NCBI GenBank assembly: GCA_963693365.1
Contig: CAVNZM010000005.1
Span: forward strand, 9,094,334 to 9,158,333
DNA length: 64,000 nucleotides
Direction: 5' to 3'
DNA from: Amoebidium appalachense
Lineage: Eukaryota > Protista > Ichthyosporea
Part shown: one piece after another, positions 1 to 13,343 of the stretch
How the letters are laid out: each line of letters begins with the position of its first letter
Numbering within the stretch: position 1 is the stretch's first letter
Translations under genes and position numbers: made by a program
Notes under the pieces: generated by a model
The model's input: only the letters and a program-made list of their open reading frames with translations
Told to the model about the DNA's origin: nothing
Database searches by the model: none

Positions 1-275
1 CCTGAGGCAGGCACGTGCACTCACTGAATCACTAGAACTCATGAATAAAAAATACATTCGCTAAAAACGGCAAGGTAAATTTGGGGCCAAGCTATTATTT
101 CCCCCTTTTAAACGTTTTTTTAGCTCCAAGAACTTCGACGCCAAAATTTCTATATTTGGCCATCGTATATGATAATGAACACGTGTACTTAAATTAAAGT
201 AGTTATATAAATATGAGCGGCCCGTTACAAATACAATGACGAAAAACAGTGACCCACGAGCAGTTTTTCTTTCTA

Positions 276-323
<48 letters not shown>

Positions 324-1648
324 ACACACACCAGACACACACACCACCACCACGGTGACCACCACCACCACCACCACCACCACTCACCCCTTAAAAAAAC
401 CACACACATACGTGCACGTGTACACACACACACAGAACACCACCACCACCTCCACTGGACCCCATTTCCTCGTTGTTTTCTTAAGCCTTCAGACCAGTCC
501 TGCACACTGGAGTTAAACAATTGAATTCACCTAGGCTGACATGCATCCACCCCCGCCTTCCACTTCCCCCTCCCCCCCACCCCCTCCCCCCACCCCCCCC
601 CACCCCCACCCCCTCCCCCTCGATGAAGAAGGGCCCCCGTAAGCCTTGGGGGGGGGGGGGGGAGGGGGGGGGGAAGGGGAAGGGGGGAGCTCTTGAGCCT
701 CCGGGTAGGGAAGTGGGGTCCGGGGATCCGGAGAGGAGGGGGGGGGGGGGGGGGGGGAAGGGGGCATATAATATTGGGCCTAGATATCATAGTATGGGGC
801 CCCGGGGGGAGGGGAGAGGTGGGGGGGGAGGGGGGAGGATCCACGGGAAAGACCTTTAGGTGCATGTTCTTATTTATACCCCCTTCGAATCATCCCCCCT
901 CTCCCCCCCCCTCCCCCCCCTGAGTGCAGGCCGTGACGTAGCTACGATAACCCTGCAGAAGGCAACAAAAATGTATTAATTACTAGCACTATACATGTGT
1001 TCATAGTGCAGCTTGCACCACGTATGATCTCAGCAACTTTAAAGTAGTCACAAAGTTTAGTTATTTTCATTATTTTCATTGCTCTGAACTCTATTACTCT
1101 GAAATGATCACCGTGCATGTGCCGCAAGATAACAACCCTATATGTGTGCAGCTGCTGCCTGCAGGTTAGACTCGCTGAAAAGACAATTGTCAGTGTGCAT
1201 CCGACGCTTGCAGCTGCAGCTAGCCTCTGCAACATTAATACTTGCCAAGTGAATGCTCTTACACTTGATCATCATTCACTCAAAAAACCGAGGACCGACA
1301 GATTAAATATTAATGTCGATCCGAATGATCAGCAAGTGTCTATGCGTACTACTATATATACACACACGTAAAATGCGAAGCTATCAGTTACAAGGCACAC
1401 CTGCTGCACTGGCACACATACACATACACACCGGCAGATCGATGCTGTCAAAATTTACTTTCATGTACTTCGTAGGTCCGACACAGGTGCACATGAACAC
1501 GTACATATGTACAAGCCGCGCACACACCACACCACACATACACACACACACACACACACTCACACACACACACGCACACACGCACACACGCACACACGCA
1601 CACACGCACGCACGCACGCACACACACACACACACGCACGCACGCGCG

Positions 1649-1718
<70 letters not shown>

Positions 1719-2158
1719 GACACACACACACACACACACATCACTGGGTGCGCTCGCTGGGGATTAGTTTTTTGGCACGCTGTTGACTTTATCGTGTGTT
1801 TATTATTTGCTATTTATTGGCCAGCGGCCAACATTTAAAAATATACTATATACCTAAAAATAGATACTGACTACGGCCAGCAGACATTATACACCTTCCA
1901 GGACACATTAACACCAATAGTCTAACACACCATACTCTCGATCACAAAGAATTCCTAACAAACAGAGAAAAGTGCAAAGGCTCTGTACTATTACTCAGAT
2001 TCTAAATTTTAATTCTTTACAGTAAACTTCGGAATGAAAGCTAGCCCCCCCCCCCCCCCCCCCCCCCCCTCCCCCCTAACATGACTGTACGAAGAACAGG
2101 TATAACTTGAAGCACTACAACACATATGAGATCCGTTACATTGGTGTACATTCCAATA

Positions 2159-3843
2159 TTAGACACTAGTTTGGCTACTCTGACTACTCTGAGATCCTGA
2201 TTGGCTGCCTGCAGACTTGCGGCCACGATTACTTTGCTTTCGATCGTGCCATTGCAGCTGCGTCTCTCCAGCAGGTGGCAACGCCAGGCCCAGCACAGCA
2301 GATGCACGAGAAGGGGGTGGGAACTGCCCACCAGCCGAGGGCTGGCCCACATGGCCCAAGTAAGGATGGGGACCGTGCTGCGGCAGTAGCCCAGGCATGG
2401 GGAAGGCAGGGCCGGGCTGAGGCGGCATGATGCCCCACGGTGGGGGCCAGCCATGTGGGTGGTGCGGGCCTGGATGGGGTGCAGGGGGCATGTGCGGCAC
2501 ATGGCCCTGCTGCATGTCAAGCGCGGGTGCTGGTGGCATGGCATCCTGATTGGCTGCAACCCAACGTGGGCAGCTCTTGGCCCGATTGGAGCCGGGGCAG
2601 CCCTTGCCCTGGCGGCCACACGTCTTGCAGGTCTTGGGGGCTCTCTGGGGTGGCTGCATAGGAGGGGGCACCGGCAAATCCATCTGCAGGGGCCCCTCAG
2701 GGCCAATGTTGCGATGCTTTTTGCCCACTAGCATGGGCAAGGGCCGCTCACGCTGCGCCCCTGCATCGACACCGTCTGGAACAGGGAGGGGTGGCAAGGG
2801 GGCAGGCCGTATGGTTGCTGGCACAGCGTCTGCCCTCTCCTCGCGCATACGCTTGCGGTGATCTGCCAGGCCCTCGTGTGTGGAGCGCTGTGCATGTGCC
2901 GTCTGCCAGGTCTTCCACTTGTCGAAATGCTTCTTGATGTAGGCCGCATCCTTCATGTAGATTCCCCCAGCCACAGAGGCAGCCTTGTTGAAGTCTTGGG
3001 CCAAAGCCTCGAACAGCTGGCCGTTGGGCTTTGCATGTGCCTTGTAGGTGCCCAGGAGCAGCGTGCTGAATAGCTTGCGCTCCTGAGGGGTAAGCACCGG
3101 AAGGAAGGGGATGGCCACATGTTGCTTCTGCGCCAGGAACTTGTAGTCGCCCCTCAGTGCAGGGTCCGGCTGTGGTGCACCACGCGCCACCTGGTTGCCC
3201 CCCCCCATGGCAGCACCGTCACCCTCCTCGACCTCACAGTCCTCTGGCCCGCCCATCACGCCATTGGCTGCAGGCTCGATGTTATCAGACGGAGGTGGGG
3301 GTGCGGGCACCGCAACTGGCTCCTGCGCCGGGGCATTGGCCACACAGGAGAGCGGGGCAAAGTTGAAGTACTCCTCCGGTAGCTTGTAGCAGCCTACGGG
3401 TACCCACTGGGGGTCGAGGTGATGGCCGTACAGCATCAGCGCCAGTGCCTCCATGTCGTCAACAATCCAGGGGCTGTAGTGGGGGGGCCCCGATGCCTGA
3501 CCCAGGCGGTTGCGGTAGTGTGCACGCAGGTTGTGGCGGTGGCGCCTATTGGACATGGTGGCGTCCAGCAGGCGCAGCGACATGCGTGTGGCCCCAAAGT
3601 GGGTGGCCAGGGGGGTTGTGCACTGCCCCCTCCACCTCGTTGGTGCCCCGGATGCAGCGGTAGCGCATGAGCCCATCTGCGTCGGCAGTGGTCTCGTAGT
3701 AGAGGGGCAGGCCGGGGGGGTCCGACAGACAGCCATTTTGGGCGTGTTCGAGCAGCGACTGTGGGGGCACAAGCAAACATCAGAGAGATGGGTGGGTGGT
3801 GGTGGTGGTAGTGTGTGTGTATGTGTGTGTGTGTGTGTGTGGT

Positions 3844-3880
<37 letters not shown>

Positions 3881-3952
3881 TGGGGTTGCTAAGGAAAAAA
3901 ACGAGCAGGGAAAGGCAAAAAACAACTGGCTAGGCAGCAAGGGCCGTGCGGG

Positions 3953-4020
<68 letters not shown>

Positions 4021-4024
4021 ATGT

Positions 4025-4055
<31 letters not shown>

Positions 4056-4610
4056 AGGCTAGGGTGTGCGTGTGTGTGCAGATGAACCAAGGATGACAAA
4101 TAAGCGAAGAATCTTTTCTGTGGTGGTGGAGTTGTTGGGCGCCTGCAGGGGGGGGGGGGGGGGGGGGGGGGGGGTTGTTGCCTCGAGTCTTTCAAAGCCA
4201 TCCTTCTTGAACAGAGGCTTGCCATCCGGTCCGGGCGGCACATCCTTGTAGGTGTTTTTGAACTCCACCAGCCGCGAGACCAGCGTGTATGGGTCGGGAA
4301 TAACCCGCCGGATGCGCTCCATGAAGTAGCTCAGGTCGCCGCCCTTGAGCTCGGTTTCAATGTCGATGCCCTTCTGCTCCAGCACCCCCTGTGAGGCAGG
4401 ATGCCAATATTAATTTACTACGCACACTGCAATTTGGGTTTGGTAGACTTTGATACCTGCCGTTATTGTAGGACCCCTCCCCTCCACCCCCCCCATCTTC
4501 TCCCCCAACACAAGTAAAAAATGCATGTGGCTATTTCCCCCCACAACCCTACATTATTTCTCTCTAGGCATATGAATAACCCCCCACTCTCCTCCCCCCC
4601 TCCCCCCCCC

Positions 4611-4643
<33 letters not shown>

Positions 4644-7600
4644 TTCCCCCCCCTCTCTCTGAGGCTCAGGCTCTCTCTCTTCCCTCAGAAGTTTTGTCGA
4701 AGGTGTGCATGGTTGTGGGTGGAATGGTGAGTGTGTGCTAACGAGTGTATGTGTGTGTGCGCGTCAGTCACGCATGTTGTTGTTGCCGTTTTTTTTATTT
4801 TTATTTTTTATTTTTTATTTTGGGGGGGGGGGGGGGGGGGGAGAGGGGCACCTTCACATGTCCGTAATCCTCTTCATTCCACACAAATATTGCCTCGCTG
4901 AGTGAGCGTGCGTACTCAGCCCTGCGGGGGTGTGACTTGTACGTGCCGTCCGCCGTGTTTGCAATGGAGTGGAAGGCGTCATTCAGCACAGTCTGCCACA
5001 CCACCTCCCCAGGCGGTGCCTGGCCCAACATGCCCTCTCTGGGAGCTGCCTCGGGTCCCCCTGGGGCTGCCTCAAGGCCCCCCGGGGCTGCCTGGGGGTC
5101 CTGGGGGGGTGCCTGTGGGCCGGCAAGGGGTTGCTGCTGCTCGGCAGGGGGAGGACTGGCAGGGGGAGGGGCTGGGTCAGGGACCACCGGCACCTCGGCA
5201 CCTGGGTCCGGTGGGGGCTGAATGGGCCGTAGCCACTGCAGGTGCACCATCAGCTCAAAGGGCGGCGGGCCCAGCTCTCCCAGGGTCTTGCCCTTGTCGG
5301 GGCCAAAGGGCACCTGCATGGCCGGCGACAGCACCTGATCCACCCGCACCACTGCATGCTTCTTGCCCACCTTCATGCCCCCCCAGCGCTCCGGCTGCAC
5401 AGCCAGCACCACCCCGGTGGCTGCTGCAGCATGTGGGCCCCGCCGGGGCACAATCTCAACCCCTTCACCGAGTGCCTTTGCATGAAGCCGCGCTGCATGT
5501 CATAGAGGGAAGCAAAAAACTCAGCCAAAAAGCCACAGCACCAACGTTTTTCTCTTCGCTCCACAAAAATCAAATGCATATTCCTTAGCAACCCCCTTCC
5601 CCCCCCCCCCCCCCCTTCTCCCTCCCCCCCCCCCTCTCCCAGTGCCCAGCTTGTGTGGCACTTGCACGTGTTAACAGTGCTATAGCCCCCCCCCCCCCCC
5701 CCCCCCCCCCCCACCACCACCACCACCACCACCAATCACCCCCTCCTTTGATAGCCACCCGACACCCAGCATAACACAACTGGAACACTGGCCCATGTGG
5801 TCAGCCACCCCCCCCCCCCCCCCCTCCCCCCTCCCCCCCTCCCCCTCTCCTCTGGGGGGCCCACAATCTTTCTATATCTGGCATAAGCACATAAGCACTG
5901 GGGCAAAAAGCAGGTGGGATACACACCTGACAGGTTTGGCCTATCGACCACGGCCGAGTAGACCTGCAGGGACGCATATGCATCAAGGGCAGCGTAGGTG
6001 GCCTGCACCTCTGATAGCGGCTCGTGCCAGTTGGAGCATCGAACAAGTGCCGGCTTGGGCAGCTTCTTGCCTATGACCTGGGCAGTGATGTCGGCCAAGC
6101 CCCGGGCCGCAGAGGTGATAGCTGCACGGGCATAGCAGAACCGGCCCAGCTCCAGATAGCTGGCCACAGGGGTGCCGTAGTCCTTGTTGAGGTGGGCCGA
6201 GTCCGTGCCGATCTGCTTGCCCACCTTGATGATGCTGGGGTCCCTAAGCAGCGCAATCAGCTCGTCCACCAGCCGCGCGGGCGGGCTGTGGTTGGGGCCC
6301 ATGCGTGCCAAGTGGAAGATGTACACGGCCCGTGCGGTGGCAATCTGCAGCGTGCAAACCTTGGACCGCGCCTGGCCCACCCGATAGACCCACTCGCAGT
6401 CCAGCCCCACCACGCGGTGCTGCTGCCCCTCCAGGTCGGCACGAATGGCCGCTGTAGCCACCACCGCCCCCTGGCAGTCGGTGTACACCGGCTTAGGGTA
6501 GTTGGCCGGCAGCTCCAGCCCAGGCAGACCGTCCGTCACGCTTACCAGCGCAGCCTCGTTCAGACGGACGGGGCATTTTGGCCGGGCTAGGGTTGGAAAC
6601 ATGCGCTCAACAAACGCCCGGTCTTGGCAGCACCGATCTGTGTAGAAGAAGGCCGGGCCCTTGCTGTTGAGCGCCGCCGTGGTGGCAGAGATGCGCTGGA
6701 TCACGGGCTCAATCTCCTGGTGGCTGCAGTCCCGTGTAAATACCTGCGCCCGGATCTCTGGGGTGCCGCACTGTGTGAGAGGGCATCTCCGAGCAGCCAT
6801 GCATGTTCTAGCTTCCCTTACCACATGGCCCTTCACGAGACTTCAGTGCCCACACAATCCTTTCCCCCTCCCTCCCCCCAAACCCATGTGCCCACATACT
6901 TTCCCCTCCCTCTCCCCCAAAACCCTTCCCCCTCCTTCCCCCCAAACCCATGTGCCCACATACTTTCCCCAGGCCTCCCTTTCCCCCAAAATCTTCCCCC
7001 CCCCCCTCCCCCTAAACCCATGTACCTACAATCCTTCCCCCTTCCTCCCCCTAAACCCTTGTGATCACAATCCTTTCCCCCTCTCTGCCTTCCCCCCAAA
7101 CCCATGTGCCCACGATCCTTCCCCACTCCCCCTCCCCCCAAACCATGGGACAGCCCTCCATATGGCACCTACTGTCCCCCCCCCCCCCCCCCCCCCCACC
7201 CCACCCCGGGCCTCTTGCCCTCTCTACCTTCAACCCCGACGGTGGTGTCTCTCCCCCCCCCCCCCCCCCCCTGCATCCCTTGCAATCACTGGCCCCTACT
7301 CCCATTCTGCTTGGCAGAAGCTTGCCCCCCCCCCCCCCCCCCCCCCCCCCCTCCCCCCCCCCCCCCCCCCCCCCCGATTCCCCGCCAAAAGAAAGCTCCA
7401 CCCCAGCCCACCCCAATCTCTACCCAGCAAAAACACATACACACATATCTGGAGCTTCCTAGTTTTTGCTCGACAGGGCAAGAATTGTCCCCAAAACCCA
7501 CATACTACAAACCTCTACTCACAGTGTGCCACCTCATTAAATGTGGAGCCTAAGAGATTTAAAGGCCCTAGAGGGGGAGGGGGGGGGGAGGGGGGGGGGG

Positions 7601-8296
7601 AGGGGGGCGTGTGTGTGTGTGTGTGTGGGGGGGGGGGGGGGGTGGGGGTGTGTGGGGGGGGGAGGGGGGGGGAGAGGGGGCCTGGGGGGAGAGTGGGGGG
7701 AGGGGGGAGAAGAGGAGGGACCACACACCGCCAAGCTCGTTTACACAAGTCCATAGGCCTCGGTACAGAGGCTCCCCATTGATGCCGGTGAGCTTCCCAA
7801 TTTGGAAGGTGTGGTCGGCCTTGAGCACGTTGTTTACGGGCTTGAGCTGCGTGTCCAGGCTCTGGTACTTTGCCGTGCGGTCGCTGAACTCAGTATACAC
7901 GGCACTCAGGTATTTGCCTGAACCCCAAGTACTGTTAGAACTCCACCACCCTCCCATCAGGACCATCCCCCCCATTCCCTCTAGTCCCTCGTGTTCATCT
8001 CACCTCTCTGTATTTTCGTAAGTCTGTATGGCTTTTCCCATCTCAAAAACGCTACACACCCATCTCCGGCCGTTTGCCCCCCCCCCCCCCTCCCCCCCCC
8101 CCCCCCCCCTCCCCCCGCCTCCCGGCGCGCGCAAACCCTCCAAGTCATTGCACCAACTTTCACCTTCTTTCCCCTTTGTGCCCCATCTGCAGTTTGTCCC
8201 CTGCACGTCCGTTTGCCCTTCCCCCCACACCCTCCTGCCACTACTATAATAACCATTAAGTACCGCCACCAAGATCCAGTCTACCACCATGTGCCC

Positions 8297-8339
<43 letters not shown>

Positions 8340-10023
8340 CTCTCCACCTCCTTTCCCCCAACACACACAGACACACATGCGCACACCCACCATCTAATTT
8401 CAGGCATAACAGTTCTCCACGATTTCCCAAGCACACTCACTGGTACATGGACCGTTATGCTTTCACCCCTCTGATGATCCCTCTGCCCTCCCCCCCCCCC
8501 CCCCCCCCCCCCCCCCCACCACCACCACCACCACCACCACCATGACTGATTGCCACCACCACCACCTAATCCATCACCATGTCCCCCCTCCCCCTCCCCC
8601 CCCCCCCCCTCCCCACACACACACACACACACACGGACCCACAAGTACACGCACACTCACAGGCGCACATCCACCACCACACATCCACCACCACCATAAT
8701 AGAAACTTATTGACCACACTTCCAAAACCCATTTCCAAGTCCCCCCCCCCCCTAAAAAAAAAATAAAAAATAATAAAACAAAACCCTACCAAGCCAACCC
8801 AAAAAATGCCCAAGCACGTGCATACAAAACAATGGGGACCATTTACACACCCAAAATGCAGTGCACACTTGCCTGAAGGCACATGTCCAGCGTAACCATT
8901 TTTTGTCACCAAACGCCGAGAACTTAGCCGCCTGCTCCTCTGGGGGAAGTTCTGTCAGGCGCTGGTCGTGGGGGCGGAAATCGTTACGCTTTTTGAGTTC
9001 ATACTTGGTCCAATGCAGCGCCCTCGAGTAATACAGGAGCCGCTGCTCGTCGTATCGCTGCTTGTGGAGCTCCGAGAGGAGGGTGGCAAAGGCGTTTGGG
9101 CCCACACCTTTGTCTGCCAGTGCACGCAACAATGTTACCACCTTTAGGTCGAGCCCACTGCGGTGGCTAAGGTAGGCCGGAAACTGATCACGCATGAAGA
9201 GTGGAAGGCGTTTAATTGTCTGGGGGTTTGTGCCGGCAAAGTTTTTTTTGCATGTGTCACAAAAGTACCGGGCCGTGATAATGTAGTAGCAGCTGTCAAA
9301 GTCGATAACACGCCGTCCTACGGGGTTGCTCATGAACCCATTGCGAGAAGTACGGTGTGGGTTGGGGTGGTTGTGGGGGTCCACGTAGTGATCATCGAAG
9401 GGGCACGGCACCATGAAACCGGGAGACAACCTTTCCGGAAGCCAGGCAAAACATCTGGGTTTGTAGAAAGGCGCTGGATCGCCCCCAAATTTAAAGCCTA
9501 TAATGGGAGGTGGAAGATGCCACCCCACAGGCGTCTTCTCATCTTTGAGACTCTCTTTCACTGTGTGCAGGTGCGACTTGATTGTTTCGCCCGCCGCGTC
9601 AGAAAACTCCTCTCCACCGTCATCCCCGTCCGTATTATCTTCTCCCTCTTCCTCCCCTTCATCCTCGTCTACCCGGTACGCATCTGCTGCTGCATTTAGC
9701 AAAGGTTCCTCGTCGGGTTGCACCTGTATGTCTGGTGGGTGTGGAGCAGGGGCCCGATCCATTTCTCTTGGTAACGAATGGACGCTACCTGCCTCAACTA
9801 CACGGGCCCTTATGTCGGCGGCCTTAGATAGAGGGGGCTGTTCGGGTTGTACGTTTACGTTTAGTTCCTGCAAAACAGCTTTGTTTGCCGTCCCAAAACC
9901 TGCAAAGTTCGCTAAAGGCTGAACAAATGCAGCATCTTTTTTTTTGCGCCCAGCTCCCTCCCTAGCTCCGCCTGTTTTATGCCCAGGGCGCTGTGTTGTG
10001 CCCTTAGGGCAGCCTGGCTTCAT
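2159..10023 (-). CDS. Spliced transposase-like protein (~1540 aa): DUF6729-like N-terminus, DDE-type core, embedded DEDDy (WRN-like) 3'-5' exonuclease, C-terminal Cys knuckle and Pro-rich tail
   Basis: Exons 10023-8873, 7917-7729, 6757-5927, 5492-4852, 4388-4182, 3758-2159 join with consistent phase (two donors are GC). Motifs: GGAREGAGRK, RYFCDTC..QFPAYLSHRSGLD, KADHTF, YTDRCC, VGLDCEW/IGTD/YAALDA, DAFH, RCIRGTNEVEG, CKTC..CPG..CP. Two +1 homopolymer frameshifts (~8900 A6, ~3612 C6) must be corrected. Start at the first in-frame ATG is inferred. Confidence 0.8.
5960..6420 (-). other. DEDDy 3'-5' exonuclease domain (WRN/RNase D family) within the transposase-like gene
   Basis: ExoI VVGLDCEW, ExoII KVGKQIGTD, VRCSNW, ExoIII YAALDAY; all catalytic residues present. 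Confidence 0.9.
6850..7150. repeat. Degenerate minisatellite in intron 2 of the transposase-like gene
   Basis: About six variants of cccccaaacccatgtgcccacatactttccc. Confidence 0.75.
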
Positions 10024-10750
10024 TTTAAACACTTGGGGCCTGGCCCCCTGCCCCCCTAGTGCGACTACGTTACCGCAAACATTCCCGTATTCCAGTGTGC
10101 TCGGCAATGCTGCTCATGGCCTTCCCGGACTGGTTGTGACCAGTAAAGAGCGCGCCAATTCCTGACCGCCGCCTACAGCAGTGTATGATCTGTTATCCAT
10201 ATTCGGCAAAAGGGGTCTTGCCCAACCAATGGCTTGAATCCTTGTAACTTTGCTTTATCCATATAAGGTTAGCTGAACACCCCCCCTCCAATCATACCCC
10301 CCCCTTCTCTCTAGTAGTAGCTCCTGGCATGCCGCACCCCCCTTATATCAGCCTTATCAGCTTATAACGTTCCGCTATGTGTGTATATACCCGCTGGCTT
10401 ACGTACCGTAAGTGGCCGCCGGTCGGCGCCGGATTCCTGTTGGGCAATCGGACCAATAGGAAAGCTGTATTTTTCCCTGCTGTAACCGTTCCTGTTGGGC
10501 AATAATAGTAACGCTTCCTTAATTATTAATGCGACTTTGAACCAATCATATGCTGTAAATTTAAATTTATTTGCGCAATCAGACATAGTGACTGTCCATG
10601 GAACGGTTGAGTCGGGCCGCAGGGAGACAGTCACTCAAAGTGAGGCCCTCTCCGAGTGATCATGAGGGGTATTGTGGTGGCGGTACCATGGGCACGCTAC
10701 AACACCCCCAACAAAAATTTTCAGAGTCCGTCCGGCAGTGTTCATACAGA

Positions 10751-11135
10751 TACCGTCCACCATTAAGAATACCCGCCAGTAAGAATACGCTAGCGGCAAA
10801 GATATGCACCGCAGCCAGATTTTGGGATATAATAATGCGGACTGACCTACAGTATAAACTTTGCTGGATCATGCATAATCACCCCCCCCCCCCCCCCCCC
10901 CCTCCCCGTCCCCTCCCCCCTCCCCCTCCCCCCGGGCCCCCTCCCCCCTCAACATGTACACACACACCCCAACTCATCCGCATGTCTCCCCCGTCCCCCC
11001 CCCCCCCCCCCCTCTCTCCCCCCCCCCGCCTCCCCTCCCCCCCCAGGTGGGGCCCCCCCGGGGGATGATAGCGGCCATGCACCGCGACCACGTCTGGGGA
11101 GGGGGGGGGTTCTTAATGGCGGATGGCATACGGTA
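10751..11135. mobile_element. Putative MITE (Tc1/pogo-like ends, TA flanks)
   Basis: Left TA-CCGTCCACCATTAAGAA versus right TTCTTAATGGCGGA(tggcata)CGG-TA: imperfect inverted repeat; non-coding interior. Confidence 0.45.
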
Positions 11136-11791
11136 TCTGCGCGTACGGGCCTCGGGCCTAATACTGTAGAATAGTTCAAGTTTCGTTGTTGAATGCACCT
11201 GTGGACGGGATGTACGTATACGTACGAAGGGGTTCCAAATAAGGGAGAATATAATTCACACATCACTCACTCACGTGCACGTGTTTGGACATGTGCCAAC
11301 TGCTAAGCCAGCTTTGCCGGGCTGCCATTTTGATACAGTACCGTGACTATCGATCCACAGTGCATCATTTTAGAAGCGTGCATGCACAAGTTGATAGCCA
11401 GCTGCAGCTGCAATGCCCATGCATGCAGGGCCAGGGCCCAGGGGCCGCCTGGGCCGGCGCCCGCTCTGGGCGTGCAGTGCACGAAGAAAAATAAAAAGAC
11501 AAAAACAGAACCAATGCTGAAAACTTACGCTATTTACGTCCGTTTATCATTGACATCAAACGTTGAAGAAGAGCAGGGAACACTCGCAGGCTGAGCATAT
11601 GAAGTGACTTGTGTAGGCAGCGCTATAGCTAGCATGTGAGCACCTGTTCCTTCGGCCGGAGCTCCGCGCGCTCCCCTGGCTCATGCTGGAAGACTGTCCA
11701 GTAAATCGAAAAAAATTATTTGAAAAAATCATCGCCGAACCATTCGCTTTTTACTTATTATTTCACCCTCAGTATACCTTCCCATTCCTTA

Positions 11792-11792
<1 letters not shown>

Positions 11793-11887
<95 letters not shown>

Positions 11888-11900
11888 AAAAAAAAAAAAA
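11793..11900. repeat. ~85-nt pure poly-C run followed by poly-A
   Basis: Direct reading; run length may be affected by sequencing. Confidence 0.85.
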
Positions 11901-13343
11901 GAATATGGCAGAAAGAATGCATTACACAAAAAGAAAATGGCAGAAAGAATGCATTGCATAACAGATTTAAGATCTAGATAGAATATTCATTGGCCTCAAG
12001 TTGATGTTTCCAGTGCTGCTGTGCTAGCGCTGAGTGTAATCTTATTGAAACTTTGAAAGTCAACGCTTTTTGCCCGCTCTACTGATTGTCACTGATTGTA
12101 TTTCCTTTTTTTGTTGGCTGTCTCAACGTAAAATCCTAATAATGATTTTGACAAAGAATTCGCAGTCTCCAATTCTTTGTCTCACGTGTACTCACCGTTA
12201 GCATCCTCATGCGCATGGATGCGCCAACCAGTGCCAACGTGCCAAGTTGAATCGGCCACTCGAACGGTTCTTCTAGAATTCTGAGGCGTGTAGATTTATT
12301 TGAAAGCCGGAGAATGCGCATGCGCCCCACGCGCGCGCATGACACTGTGCAACCATCAGCTCACAAACTATGTCTGAGCTTACACTATAAAGTTAAGACT
12401 CACGATCAATTATAAAAAATATTTAATTACCTCCATCTTTAAACAAAAGAGCCGTTTAGTTCAGTAGAACTTCTAAACAGCATGTTTCACGAAGTTGCTA
12501 GAGTGCAGTGATATCTGCTTCACATGTACAGTCGGATTGACAAAGTTTTTTTTGCGTATGGATATGCTCGGGGAGATTATCCGAAGTGCAGGAAATTGTT
12601 TTTTTTCTTTTTCTTTTGACTGGATTTATTCGACGGAAAGATATGCAAGCATGCACGGAGGAAATTAGAAGCCTATAGATGTCATGTTGAGCCTCGAAGT
12701 ATTTTCATAAAGCCTTAGGCACCTTATGGGAATTTGGTCAAACGTCATTGGCAGGCGCTTGACTGCCGGGTTGTACACACATACGTGATGAAGGCCGGCG
12801 CAGTATCTCGTCATACAGCTCATGATGGACATTCACGTGTGATATATACGCTGACAGCATAAGCCTAATCCAACTAGTGGATGATACATAATACTACTAT
12901 GTTCAATAGCCAGGAAAGGCCTTTCAGGCACCACCCACCCAACGTGCATGACTTAATAAAACTCACAATACTGAAATATGCGGAATATATGTATGCTACA
13001 CAAAAGGTTATTTACACGCATGCGCATATTTAAAGCTAACACGGGATTCATCACTTGACGTATGCCAATGTTCAATTCCAGATAGATCTACATGATGCGC
13101 CGCGTGACCTCCTGTCCTTCGACATGGTTTTACCCCCCTCTGACCGCATTCTTTGTAGTTCCTCCAGGTTCCAGCACCAGACTGATATAAAATCCTGCAC
13201 CGCAACATCACCAGGTCACTTTTATCGAAGTCGTTTTTCACAAAGTAAAGATTTTTTCGTGTGTAGAACATGTAGTGAGTCAACAATAACCAACAAAACG
13301 AGATAAAGAGAGAAAAGCAAAACTGTCACTGCCAAACGACAAC

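Noticed and set aside
1-2150. TIR partner for the large transposase-like gene
   Set aside because: Only short, non-colinear matches to 10.1-11.5 kb (e.g. ~870-890 versus ~11226-11244); not supportable
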